Source of the DNA: Amoebidium appalachense
Taxonomy: Eukaryota > Protista > Ichthyosporea
Direction: 5' to 3'
NCBI GenBank assembly: GCA_963693365.1
Contig: CAVNZM010000011.1
Coordinates: 3,329,098-3,393,097 of the forward strand
DNA: 64,000 nt
Positions 1 through 12,900 of this stretch are shown in pieces (within the stretch, counting starts at the first letter, position 1; every line of letters begins with the position of its first letter). The notes under the pieces were generated by a model. The model was not told the DNA's origin and ran no database searches. It worked only from the letters and a program-made list of their open reading frames with translations. Made by a program: the position numbers and the translations under genes.

Positions 1-233
1 TACAGAAAAAGAAACAAGAAACTGTGTGGCCCCTCTCTCTTTGCCCCCCCCCCCCCCCCTCCCCCCCCGGGACGCCGCCGTCCTTCTCCTCAACAAAAGT
101 TACGTAATAAAACAAAACTAAACAAAACGAAAGGGGAAAAAAAATAAAAAAATAAAAAAGAACAGGATGGAACGCAGTCGGAAAACAGGGAGAAGACGGG
201 AGGGGAGGGAGGGAGGGAGGGGGGGGGGGGGGG

Positions 234-301
234 TTTGAATGCGTCAAAAAGTACGAAGTACACAAGAACAAACGGATAACACGATGCAGAATGCAAGCCA
301 T
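234..301 (-). mobile_element. Poly(C)-tailed intronic repeat, 5'-truncated copy
   Basis: Matches the 3' 68 nt of the copies at 41197-41384 and 44896-45082; flanked by G-runs on the + strand. Confidence 0.75.
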
Positions 302-355
302 GGGGGGGGGGGGGGGGGGGGGGGGGGGACAATGTCGCTATAGCCCCCATGTTAC

Positions 356-1587
356 CTGCATAACATTCTGGTCCCTGTTAGTGAGGGAGCACTTTGCCTC
401 TGCAAGCCGCTCCGCAAACAGATCATACTCGTCAGGCCCAAGGCACTTGCGCGCTATCACTAGCGTACGAAGTCCTTCCCTGTGTGCGCGCGCGAGTGTG
501 TGTGTGTGTGGCGGGGGGGGGGGGGGGGGGGGGGGGGGGGGAGGAGGAGGGGGAGGGAGGTTAGAATGCGTTTCGGAGTATAAAGTACACATTCATAACC
601 GAAGGGGGTGGTGGTGGTGGGGGGGGGGGGGGGGGGGATTGGAATGTGCTATAGAGTACCAAGAACACATTCACTGCGCGGGGGGGGGGGGGGGGGGGGA
701 AGAGAGGAAAGGGGGGGGGGGGGGGGGGGGAGGCGCTTTTCTGATGTAAGGGCAAACACAGGCATCTGGGGGTGATCTCTGCGACTGTTCGGACACCTAA
801 ATTACCACACGCCACATTCCACAGGATAAAGTACAGATGAAGTCCACATACCTGGCCATGTTTCCGCATTCCTCCTCCAGCCAATCATTGTACTGCACTA
901 TTGTCTGCATGATAGTGTCAGCCCCCTTGCAATAGAACGTGATGTCCCCCGTATCGACCTCACGAACCACAATGCCCATACGCTTGGTCTCCGACGTGAA
1001 AGGAAATATCGTCAGCACCTCGAACTTCATCTTCTCCCCGCTGGGCCCCTCCAACCTGTGGAATGGCATTGGAATGTGGGTTGGAATGTCAGGAATGCCA
1101 GTAGACGCCACCGTAGCATTCAGGCAGTAGAACCGCAGTGCTTCGGGTTCCTAGTCCATACAGGGAGTTGGGGATTGGGCCTGAGGTTTGTTGAAGGGAA
1201 TTTACACCCTTAAACTACCACCGTGCTCCGCTTGGATTGGGGGGGAGCGGGGGGGAGGGAGAAAGCGCACACGGAAGAAAAACCCCCCATTCCCTAAAGA
1301 CACAACAATTGTGATCGAAATGCAATACCGCTTCCGCCAATCGGTTGAGACTTGGGTTGCTCCCTTCCGCTTAAGCCCATGTATTGGCTGGTCAACCCCC
1401 CCCCCCCCCCTTTTTTTTTTTTGTGTGTGTGTGTGGGGGGTGGGGTGGGTGGGGAGGGGGGAAGGGGGGGAGTGTGTGTGTGTGTGGCCGGGGGGGGGGG
1501 GGGGGGGTCACAACCAACAAGCACATCCCCGTGCTGTGAATGCAATGCCATTCCGAAGACAAATACGTAAGGGGATAGAAAGAGAGA

Positions 1588-1628
<41 letters not shown>

Positions 1629-2245
1629 GCAAACATACTCCATGAAATTCAAGTCTCTGGCCATCAGCTTGATCCCCACCGTAGCCGTCCACCCCACCAG
1701 CGCAACCTCGTCCGGGCTAGCCGCCTGATATTCGAAATTTCCCTCATCGTTAATCAGGGGGGTCACATTGTGACACAGTGCAATGGCCAGAATCATATTT
1801 GAAACTTTCCCAGCGGTGGAGGTGAGAAGAGTAGGACCCCGCAAGAGAAATTGGTCTTGAAAAACGGATTCTTGGACCCCCAAATCGGTAGATTTTCCGC
1901 GTGGGCCAGTGGGGGAGGAAGGTTGGAAGGTCGAAATTGCGGGTTGGAGGAACGCCGGACCCCCCTGCTGGGGTTGTTGTTGCTGGGCCATTGAAAATGC
2001 CTCCTTGACGTGTTCACGGATTTCGTCCTGAGTTTCTACGCTAAATGACACCGTGCCGAGATGTAATTTCCTGGGGTTTATCCCGGACAGTAAGGGGTTA
2101 GGGGTGAACAGAACGAGAAGGAGGTAGAGGTGGCGGGTGGGTGTGTGGGTTAAGGCAGAAGGGGGGGGAGGATCGGTGTGGGTGGACGGGTGGGTGGGTG
2201 GGTGGGTGGGTGGGTGGGTGGTGGTGGTGGTGGGACTGGGGAGAA

Positions 2246-2276
<31 letters not shown>

Positions 2277-3058
2277 GGGGGGGGGGAGGGGGAGACGCGA
2301 AGGTGGTGCATGTTTTCCAGGAAAGGAGAGATAATGAAGGGAATGAGGGAGGCGCCGGGGAAGGGGGGGGGGGGAGGGGGGGACGGGGGCAGAAAGGGGA
2401 GGGGGGGGGGGGGGGGGGGTAAGCATGATGTACACAACAAAGAAAAACACAAAACGGATAGTGTAATGTGCGACCCCATTAGCCAACCAATCCACTGAGC
2501 ACCACGGGTAAAAGAAAAATTACCACACATGCACAGTCTCCGACACGATCGCCCAAAGTAGAGGTGGGGGGAAGGAGGAAGGGGGAAGAAGGGGGGAGGG
2601 GGAGGGGGAGGGGGGGGGGTTTGAATGCGTCATAAAGTACGAAGTACACAAGAATTTTCAAACGGATAACACGATGCAGAATGCAAGCCATACATAAAGA
2701 GTATGCATAATAAGCGGAGCCCATCCTCAGGGGGGCTCACGTCATGGGAGGGGGGAGGGGGGTAGGGGCGTGTTTGAAGCAAGGAAAAATCACAGGGCAT
2801 AACAAGACTTACATAAGCAAACAAAAACCAAAAAAAAGCGAGAAAAAAAAAAAAAGGACGAAAAACAAGAATAAAAACAAGCAAGCAAGCAAACAAAACA
2901 GCATACATCTTGAAGCAAAGCCTAGCCTTTGATCGTTCGAAAGTGGGTATAGAATGTGTTACAGAGTACAAAGTACATATTCATGACGATCTTTCAAAGG
3001 TAATGGGGATTGGATAGGTGGATGTGGGAGGGGTTGGCGTTGGGGTTTTTTTTTTTTT

Positions 3059-3100
<42 letters not shown>

Positions 3101-3188
3101 TGCGGGAGGCGGAAAGGGGGGACGAAGGGGGGAGGAGGGTAAGGAGTTAAAAGCACAATACACCACAAGGCAAAAACAAAAACCCAGA

Positions 3189-3222
<34 letters not shown>

Positions 3223-5003
3223 AGGAAAGGAAAGGAAGAGGTGGGAGGGAAGCAGAGAGGGCGAAAAATCCAACCGGAAAACCATCACACGTGCAAGAAG
3301 AGCTCCCGTACACATTCTCTTAACATTTTCAACGAAAATCCAAACTTACCGGAATATCATTTCATTTTGCGTTAATGTTCCGGTCTTATCCGACAGCAGA
3401 TACCGAATCCTCCCGAGTTCCTCCGGGATTGTCGACGTCCTCACCACCGTATCCGGAATTTCCTTATCCGACTCGATCTCCCTAGTGTAAAAAGTCTTTC
3501 CGAGGTCCAAATTTACGCGTAGAGATATCGGGATAATGTAGGAAAATAGGAGAACAAACCGGAACATGTAGATATACCAGGCACCGTTTAGACCCTTGAG
3601 TGCAACCAAGACGAAGGCCAGAGCCATGGTCAAAACAAAGAGGACTTTGGCAAAGACGTTGATTTCGTAGTCTAGTAGCCCGACCTGGGGGTGGTGTGAT
3701 TGGGGTGTGCGGTGGTGTGTGGGGTAGGATGGGGGTGAGGGGGAGGGGGGGGGGGGGGGGGGGGTTTGAATGCGTCAAAAAGTACGAAGTACACAAGAAC
3801 AAACGGATAACACGATGCAGAATGCAAGCCATACATAAAGAGTATGCATAATAAGCAGAGCCCATCCTCAGGGGGGGCCCACGTCATCCACAGTACCCGA
3901 GGGGGGGGGGGGGGGGGGGGTTAGAATCTGTGTTATGGAATACGAAATACACATTTACAACGGACAATACAATGCAGAGTGCAAACCACACAGAGTATTA
4001 GGTTTGGCATGGGGGAGGAGGGGGACCCACTGGGGGGGGGGGGCAGGGGTGGAGGGGAGGAGGGGGGAGGGGGAGGGGGAGGGGGGAGGAAGGGGAGGGG
4101 GGGTGGAGAGGGGTGGAGGGTGGAGGCGCAGGTGAGGGCGGCTGTTGTTTGTGGGCGTGGGTGCTTGTGTTCGCATTTGCAGTGTGTGTGTGTGTGTTTG
4201 TGTATGTGTGTCCGTGCACGTGGATATGCATGTGTGTGCGTGCGTGCATGGGTGTGGGCATGTGTGCACCAGCGTGTTTGCATGTGCGGCATGCATGCGC
4301 GCTTGCGCGTGTGCGTGTATGCGCCGGTGTGTGCGTGTACGTGTGTGTGCATGCGCCGGTGTGTGCGTGTACGTGTGTGTGCATGCGCCGGTGTGTGCGT
4401 GTACGTGTGTGTGCATGCGCCGGTGCGTGCGTGTGCGCTAGTGTGTGCATGCAGTTTGTTTTTCCAATGGCTTGTGTGGGCCCTGGGGGTTCATGTGTCC
4501 CCGTGTGTGAGCAGGAGCTGGGTTTGTGTGTTCAAGAGAATAGAAGGGGGAGAAGGGGAGGAGGGGGGGGGGGGGGGGGGGGATGGGGGGGATGGGAGGG
4601 GGGGATTCATGTTCGAATGCTTTTCTTCTAGGAACACGCGGGTGGGTGGGTGGGGGGGGGAAGGGCGGGAAGGAGGGGAAGGGGGGGGGGGGGGGGGGGG
4701 GGGGGGGGATTCTCGTTTTCTGTGACGCCCGATTGCTGCCTGTTGTTTCTCTCCCTTCACTACTGTCTCTGACTAAATTTTACCCCCGATGGCAAATAAA
4801 AGAAGGGAAAAAAAAGCAGAAATAAAAGGATCCCCCCCCCCCCCCCCCTCCCCCCGCAATTCCTCGGACATAAAAAAAAAAGACGAAGAAGAAATAACTG
4901 TAGGAGGAGAGACCTATGCAAAGAATCGTAAATACCTACACGTGTTCGTGGTTGTGGTTCTTCTGTGCATTATGTGGACAAGGAAAACAGCGCGCGCGCG
5001 CCC

Positions 5004-5038
<35 letters not shown>

Positions 5039-5125
5039 CGTGCGTGTGCGTGCGTGTGTGTGTGTGTGTGTACGTGTGCGTGTGCGCGTGTGTGCGCGCA
5101 TGCATGTGGTGGTGATGGTGTGTGT

Positions 5126-5156
<31 letters not shown>

Positions 5157-6659
5157 GGGGAAGTGGGGGGTTTAAGCGAAGAAAAATCTGAACGAAAATT
5201 CACGCACCTTAGTTCTTGGCTGAGATGTGTTCATAACACTCCTCGTCTCCTTGCCCGTATACACCACCAGACCCAGTGCCGTGCCGCTAGCCACCACCGT
5301 GTTGGCCCACAGAATATTGTCTACGCTCAAACTTTCAACCTGGGGTTCTTGCGAACTGTCTTCAGGGTACGTGGAAAAGGTCCCCACGAAATTGTGGATA
5401 TCCTGTACGTGGGTGCGTGGATAACCGGTGGAGAGGGAGGGGTGAGCGACCGGATGGGGACGGGAGGGGGGTGGAAAAGGAGAGAGTGGGAGAGAGTGAG
5501 AGGGGGCAGCGGGGGGGGAGGGGGGGGGGGGGGTAAAAGACAGTATAGGAAGGGAAGCAAAAAAGGGCAACCTGGCTATGATAGGAGCACTGTGCAATAT
5601 AAATGATTCGTAGCCAATTGGGAGGGTTTGCTCGACGACATCAAGCTAAAGGGGGGGGGGGGGGGGGGGGGGGGGAGGGGCAAGATTCACGGTAATTGAT
5701 GAAGGCAGGAAGCGGGGAGGGGAGAGGAGAGGGGGGTAAGACGGTTGAGTAGAACATGCCCCGGAGGGGGGGGAGGGAGGGGGGGGGGGGGGGGGGATGG
5801 GGGGAGGGGGATGGAATTACGTGTACAAGGCAACCCATTCTTTAAGCCATGCAATATTAAAGAAGCACAGACACACCTTCGAGGGCTTATCGGCATAGAC
5901 CGACACGTGCCTGCCCAGCAGGTCCGCATCGCACGGAAGCTTCTGGCAGCTGGCAACGGCCAGTCGAAGCTTCCAATCCGTCTCGCCGTCCAATTGGTCC
6001 GTGCGGATAAAACACGCGCCTGATTTCTCCGTCGTGCGTAAAAACACCATGTCGGCCGGCACACGTTCGTTGGTGTGGACCTTGATGATGTCACCCACCT
6101 AAGTGTGTGGTTTAATTTTTGTTGTTAGTTTTAAAATCTTGAATGAGTTATAGTTTTGAGTTGGTGGTGTGCTGCTGGATGATGTCACCCACCTATGTGT
6201 GTTGTTTAATTTTTAATTTTTTTTTATAAGAATTAGGTTAGTATTGGTTTTGAATTGGTGGTGTGCAGCTGGATAATGTCACCCACCTATGTGTGTGTAG
6301 TGTGGATTCATGTTAATTTTAAAGATTAAGTTATATAATCTTTTGCACTTATTATAATTTTAACGGTTGAGGGTGAGGTGTGGCAGATGGGGAAATTCGA
6401 AGGATGAGACGGATGATAGGGAGTGGGCGGACGGGTGGGTGGATGGGTGAGGGAAGGAGTAGTTGGGGGATGGGTGGGGGGTGGTGGGTGGGTGGGGTGG
6501 GTGGGTGGGAGGGGAGGGGGGGGGGGGGGAGGGGGGGGAGGGGGCCCACAAGGGTAGCCGTGTATTATCTTAGCGGGGTGGGTTTGTATGGATGGCAGGT
6601 GGGGGGGTGGGGGAGGAGGGGGTGGGAGTGTGTGTGTGTGTGGCTGTGTACGTGTGTGT

Positions 6660-6690
<31 letters not shown>

Positions 6691-6873
6691 GGGAGGAGAG
6701 GTATATGTCTTGCACGGTATAGAGCAAACTACAGAGTGCAAAAGCAAGCCACAAAGAGCTAAATGCGCTGTAAAATGGCATGACATGAAAGTTTTGAGCG
6801 GGAGAGTGGCGAGATTCTTTCGTTCTTTCTTTCTTTCTTTCTTTTCTTTTCTTTCTTTCTTTTTTTTTTTTTT

Positions 6874-6923
<50 letters not shown>

Positions 6924-9900
6924 TTAATATGGGTTAAAGAGTACCAAGTATACATTCATAGCGGACAACACAAGGCGGATTTTGCAACACAGACATAAAA
7001 GAATACACAGCAAAACAGGGCACATCGTCGACACAGAGCGGAGGGAGGAGGGGTGGGGTGTGGTGTGGGTGTTTCTGTGTGTGTGTGGGGGGGGGGGGGG
7101 GGGGGGGGGGGGGTAGGTTGAGTGACAGAGGGAGAAGCACACGGGAAAATAAATAAATAAATAAATAAGTAAATAAACAAACAAATAAATAAATAATAGA
7201 AAAACCCTCCCCTCTCCCACCACCACCGCCCAACACAACCCCTTACTACTCCTCTCAGGACTTATGACAATTAAACCCGATTACTCCCCCCCCCCCCCTC
7301 CCCCCCCCCCCCCCCCCCCCTTCCCCCCTCCCCCACCTACCCCGCATCCTCCTTCCCCGTCTGGTGCCCACCAAGCCAACATATGGAATCGGCCCTAACT
7401 CTGCTAAGATACGTCATGCCACCGTCACCCCTAATCCCTTCCTGCCGACAATGCTACATCCATCATCCGCCCCTTGTCCCCCCCCCCCCCCCCCCCCCCC
7501 CCCAAACAACAACAACCTTCCCTCACTCCTTCTCCCCCCCCCCCCCCCCCCTCCCTCCACCCCCTTTTCTCTCCCTCCCCACTCCCTCCCCCTTTCTCTC
7601 TCTCTCTCTCTCGCTCTCTCTCTCTCTTCCCCCCCCCCCCCCCCCTTCACACAAACACACATTCCCACGCAACACCCACACACCCACACACCCACCCACA
7701 TGCACACACGCACGTAAGGACTCAAGGGCCCCCTCCTCCCCCCCCCCCCCCCCCCCCCCCCCCCCTTCCACACACACAGACACACACACACACAGACACC
7801 CAACCACCCACCTTCATCTCAGAGCTTGTAGTAGCCACATCCCCCTTCCCCGTCAACTTCATATACACCTTTCCATTCACCTCCCTATCCCGCCGATATC
7901 TCGAAAAATCATCCCACGCCTCCTTGGATATGGTTACCGCCAAAACGAATATCAACGGGCCCCAGTATGTGTAAAGGTATCCAATTTTCAGCGGCGTGAT
8001 AAACTGGGATAGCGCAACGATGAGGAAGTAGAAGTTGAAGAAGAATGAAAACTGCTCGAACAGAACAAGTGGGAGGAAAGTGATAATATTGTATTTTTGA
8101 TTGCAAATTACGTTGCCGCAGAATTTCCCCACGGGGTTGTGTGCGTCCCCCAGGGTGATAATGCGGGCCCCAGGCTCGTGTCTTCGCAGCAGGCAACTTG
8201 TCACCTGCATATTTGATTGGTACAAATTAAAATTAACAGAGGTTCACTTACATAACCTTGAATATCATCAGGATCACGGTACAGGATGTTTCGGCGGACT
8301 TATTTGGGCGGGCGGGAGGCTTCCCTTCACCCGTATAACCGGTTCCAACTCTACCGCACGTATGTTCGCCCACTATGTGAATATGGCCTCCCACTACTGG
8401 CGCTAGCACCGGAGGAGATTATCGCCCTGGCCATCCAGCCACTTCTGGATTTTCACTACGGCCCGGCCTGTTCCTTTCTCACAGGTCTTTCCCCTATCTC
8501 CCGCCCTTTGTTTGATTCTTTGTTTGCTTTTTCTCCACCCCAACACCGCATCCAAGAATTAGCACTAAAGTTTAAGTTTCATTTAGACCGCCTCCGCGTG
8601 ACCGCACCACCCCACCCCTTGTTTGTGCTCCACACCGCCCCGGTTGCCAATTACGTATATCTATCTCCTGAGATTTCTCTCCCCATCGTAGATAAGTATT
8701 TGGAATTTGCAAACACCCCCCCAAAATTACGGCACGATCACAGTAAGGGGATGGATGGTTTTAGATTCATGGTAGATCGGTTTCTTTACACGTTACGGGT
8801 TGATTCTTTGCCGTGTTTAGCTGGGCCTAGGGAGGACAAATTAGTCTCATATATGCGGGATACCGTAAGGATAGAAAGATGTCAGATAGACGTATTTCTT
8901 AAAGACATAGTAGACGGCCGTAATGTGCAAGTGGCTTTAGCTTGGCGTTGTAATCGTTTCCTAATGAATACATATAGGCCCACTAAATGTACTCGTTGCT
9001 CAGGTACCTTTAATAGGGTTATGTCGTTAGATGTGGTTTGCTCACGGGGGTACTCCCCCCAGAGGCCTTAGCATCTTTTCATAGCTATGTAGACGCTCTT
9101 CCGGCAGAGACACCCCACTTGGTGGGGTTCTCTGTGATAGATTTTCTCTTAAATTCAGCTAAGTTTGATTTGGTAGTTTTAGCTCTGTCGTTCTTATCTA
9201 GTCTTCCACCCGTGTGAGTTATGGGTGTATATATATCCTGTAAACCCGGTGTATGTTTAGCTCGGGGCGCCTGCGGCGCCCCTCGTCTAGTGTGTGGCCG
9301 TGCTGGAAAACGCAGTAAGCCACACATGCACACGAGGGGATGTGCTCTCAACATATCCCAAAATATAGACCGTTTAAACCAAACCAAACCATGGAAAAAC
9401 TTGCCCGAAAGATTGAGGGGGGGACCCTAGAAGAGGGGATGCCGGGAGGGGAAGGGGGAGGGGGGAGAGGGAGGGGGAGGGGGAGAATGAGAGAGGGACG
9501 TCTAAATGGGAGAAAGGCAGGGGGAGGCAGGGGAGGAAGGGGGGAGGGAGAGGGGTGGGAAGGGGGCGGGGGGGGGGGGGGGGGGGGGGGGGGAGGGAGG
9601 GGAAAGGGGGGGGGGGGGGGGGAAGGGGGGGGGGGGGGGGGGGGGTCATGATGGCCATGGTGAATAGTACGGGCAAAGAAAGATTGACCGTATATGTGAC
9701 GATGCAATATACAAACGGGGCCGGTGAGCACGTTCTGCACTAAGGAACAAAGTAGAGGAGACAAGTAGTGCAGCACTGACACTGGAGGCCCCGGGGGAAC
9801 TAATAAATCCATTGAAACGAAACAACATGACCATATTTTGGGAGGTACCCTTCCCACCTTGATTGCGGGACACACACAGCCGGACCAACACGCAAGATGG

Positions 9901-10001
9901 CCAACACCTCTCGAGCAGCCCAATTAGGAGGTATTGGGCAGGCACGAAAGTGAAACCGACCATGGGGGAGTGAATGCACTGCCAGTGCCAAGAGCCTACA
10001 C

Positions 10002-10066
<65 letters not shown>

Positions 10067-10320
10067 AGACGATGGTGGGCACACACACTCAAATACCGCT
10101 TGTACTTACACACGTGCATAAGCGCACACCCACACGTGCACCAACACATACATATTGGGGGGGGCGGGAGAGGGGGGGGGGGGGAAGAGAGCCCTATTGA
10201 ACAGAAGACAAACGTACACAGACACTTGCACACAATCTTGCATTCACCCAATGCAGACGGACGCTCGTAGATACACAGACCTGCAGAGTGTAGATAAAGA
10301 CACATACACGCATGTGCGCG

Positions 10321-10361
<41 letters not shown>

Positions 10362-10878
10362 ACACACGCACGCACGCACACACAGCACACACACACATAG
10401 ACACACCACGTGCACTTAGCCATCCACAGAAACTACAGTTGATTGAAGTCCAGCGGTGTTGCCATAGGAGGGGGAGAGGGGGGGGGGAGGAGGGAAGGAG
10501 GAAAGGGAAGCAGAAGGGGGTAGCAGAAGTGGGGGGGAGGCAGGGGGGGGGGGGGGGGGGAGAATGGGGAAATCCTACCGCCCTCCAGCCGTTCGCAAAG
10601 GTTTCCCCGCACGCAGCCCAGCACGACCTCTTAACCCTTTTGATCGCCCCTGGCTTCTTCTTCCTCTCCCCACTGACAAACCCAAGCTCCTCCTCCTCTC
10701 TCGTTCCTATCCCTAGTGCATCCATGTTCCTCATCTCTATTGTGTGGGAACCATCTTGGGACGTCATAGACGCCATCCTCCCAAAACCACTAAGTGATAT
10801 GTTGTCCGCACCGCCATTCCCAATACTGGAAACGCTACGGCGTGTAAGGCCGGACCTTTCATCATCTGGTTGCATCAT
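356..10878 (-). CDS. ATP9: P4-type ATPase phospholipid flippase, ATP9/Neo1 subfamily; 5' eight exons, gene continues past the left edge
   Basis: GT-AG exons with consistent phases: 10878-10579, 8204-7812, 6098-5877, 5402-5208, 3684-3350, 2070-1639, 1055-852, 479-356. Motifs: [26 protein letters not shown] (Neo1/ATP9-type DGET), [15 protein letters not shown] (phosphorylation site), [31 protein letters not shown]. Confidence 0.95.
2620..2746 (-). mobile_element. Poly(C)-tailed intronic repeat, 5'-truncated copy
   Basis: TTTGAATGCGTC...GAGCCCATCCTCAGGGGGG...CACGTCAT, with a few differences from the 44896 copy. Confidence 0.8.
3765..3901 (-). mobile_element. Poly(C)-tailed intronic repeat, 5'-truncated copy
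   Basis: About 137 nt matching the 3' part of the 41197 copy. Confidence 0.8.
6070..6300 (-). repeat. Triplicated ~95-bp unit containing the 3' splice site and first ~30 nt of ATP9 exon 3
   Basis: Minus strand reads cacacttag|GTGGGTGACATCATC (used), cacacatag|GTGGGTGACATCATCCAGCAGCACACCACCAAC and cacacatag|GTGGGTGACATTATCCAGCTGCACACCACCAA. Confidence 0.8.
8265..9390 (+). mobile_element. 5'-truncated non-LTR retrotransposon (LINE) remnant: RT thumb, C-terminal zinc knuckle and 3' UTR, antisense within ATP9 intron 1
   Basis: ORF 8286-9071 contains [16 protein letters not shown], typical of an RT thumb. CTRC is followed, after a frameshift near 9018, by YVVRC...SVIDFLLN with a stop at 9217. 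A structured UTR ends in AAACCAAACCAAACC. Confidence 0.75.
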
Positions 10879-12155
10879 TTTCGTCAAGTGTTATGAAGGG
10901 AGCGTGTTTCCCTGACGCGGGTATAGTATTTGGTGTGTGCGTGTGTACCTACAAACAATTTTTTATACCAGTACAACCCATTTTCAAAGGAGTTTCCTCA
11001 CAAAGGCTCAGTTAACACATATTAAAAAGAAACTATGAGCTTTGGGTAGTGTATGTGTACTAGAAAATAAACAGCACAAGCATCAGGATTTCGCCCTAGC
11101 AAGGTAGGTTTCAGGGTGGACGTGTAATTGTGATTGATATAGAGCACCCTTTGCGCACACAAACACACAGACTTGGTTGTAGTTTTCATTCACCTATTAT
11201 AGTGCTCTCTAATTATTCTCGACCCTCCTCTCGTGTGGTTCAGTGTGCGGGAAAGTGGTTTTCACTAATTCAGTTTCGTTTTCTGTGTGACCGCGGCAGG
11301 CCGCTGGCCAATTTTTTTCGCGGTGTCGAGTTAACCACTTAAATCGCCCACAAAATTAGTTGAGCCAATCAGCAGTGGCGGGCTAAAAATAGAATGTCCG
11401 ACCACTTGAGCTTCGGCACAGGAGTTCAGAAAGTGGGGGGAAGGGGAGGGGGCGGGCGGCGGGGGGATGGGGGATGAAATCAATCACTAAAACAGCTTCG
11501 ATCCTTTATACTATGTGAGAGGCATCATAGCAAATCCAACCTCTCAAACGGGATAGTGACAGCAACCTCAATTGTCAGGAGGTTTGATTTCGGAAGTCGC
11601 AAAGGGGGGAGTCACAGGTCATCATGAGGTCCTGCCTCACCGTGAATCAAAGCAGTTCACTTTGGAACCCCATTCCAGTGAGCTTCCCGTGTGTATTTGT
11701 GTGTCTCTCTCCGATATTGTGTATGTGTAGTCACGTTTATCTCACTGTGCGCGCACCCACTGTGTAGTCACGTTTGTCTCACTGTGCGCGCGTGGGTGTG
11801 CTCATGTTTCGCAGTGCAGCCATTCCATCTTGGGAGCTCTTTTGAGAGTGCTTTGACACATGCCAAACCCGGTTGCCGATCGTGTGGCTTAGAAATCCGG
11901 TTTTAAGTTCACTCCATGGGAAGGTAAGACGAGGCCAAAGTGTAAAAAACTCTCACATTTCGGTTCAGTTGTGATTCATCAAAGGGGCCTCACACAGTGA
12001 GACTATAAAAATAGTGGTCGAGTTCGACATTCAATACTTCTAATATTAGAGAATGATTGTTTAACACATACATACATTTTTTTAAGGTTTTTAACTCCGA
12101 AATGCCAGAACGCCTTATCCCCCTCCTCCCCCCCCCGAGTTTTGCGTTTTACTTC

Positions 12156-12900
12156 CCAAGAGAAAACATGGAGTACATGTATAGCAACAGTTCGGTACTA
12201 GTAGCACTAAGGTGATTGAACTGCCGCACACTCGCTCCCTATCCTTTATACCTGTGTATCTTGTTCCCGCTTGCGAAACTTTGAAAGGCACTCATGACCT
12301 CTGCGGCAAAACTTTTCGTGAAGCTCCCCCCTCCCACACCGGATGGCAAAAAAAGGAGGAGGGGTACGTGAAAAGGTAGCTGGAGCAAAACAAAACCTTC
12401 TTTGGCTAATCCATGGCCTCCTGCACAAGTGCACAGAAAATAACGTCCGCGACGTAGTCCAGACCCTCAATCTTCGATCTCACAAACGTTTTCGGGTCCT
12501 CGTTTCTGTCCTTGGCAGCCAACCTGACTGCATCCTCCGCACGGAAAAGAAGCGACCCTCCACTCGTTGGTAGCACGTTCACCTCATGTAATATGGTATC
12601 GAGGTCGGCTGAGTGAAACCGCTCGCCCAAGGTCTCGTATAAAAGATGAAGGAAGGATAAAGCTGCGGCGTTCTCGGCAATAGAGGCAAGGGGCACAGAT
12701 TGCTTGTACAGGCTGGTGCGTGGGTCGTTTTCAGATGCGAAAGAGCTGTAGGTGCAGGGTACGGTGTGTACCTCGGCCATGGTAGGAGCTGTGTTTAGTT
12801 CAGGAGGTGAACCCGGAGTGTGCACTGCTGCCACAGCGCTGTTATTAGATTCGTATTCAGATTATTAGGCCCGGTTGCTTGTCTCGAAAGCCGCTGAAGA
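12156..12900 (-). pseudogene. Degenerate intronless ORF of unknown family
   Basis: 142-aa protein-like ORF 12834-12406 lying in non-repetitive DNA; its frame extends past in-frame stops on both sides. No recognisable motif. Confidence 0.3.

Noticed and set aside
6099-7811. Intron bridging by complementary 5' G/GT and 3' C/CA tracts
   Set aside because: The pattern fits this intron but is not consistent across the other introns.
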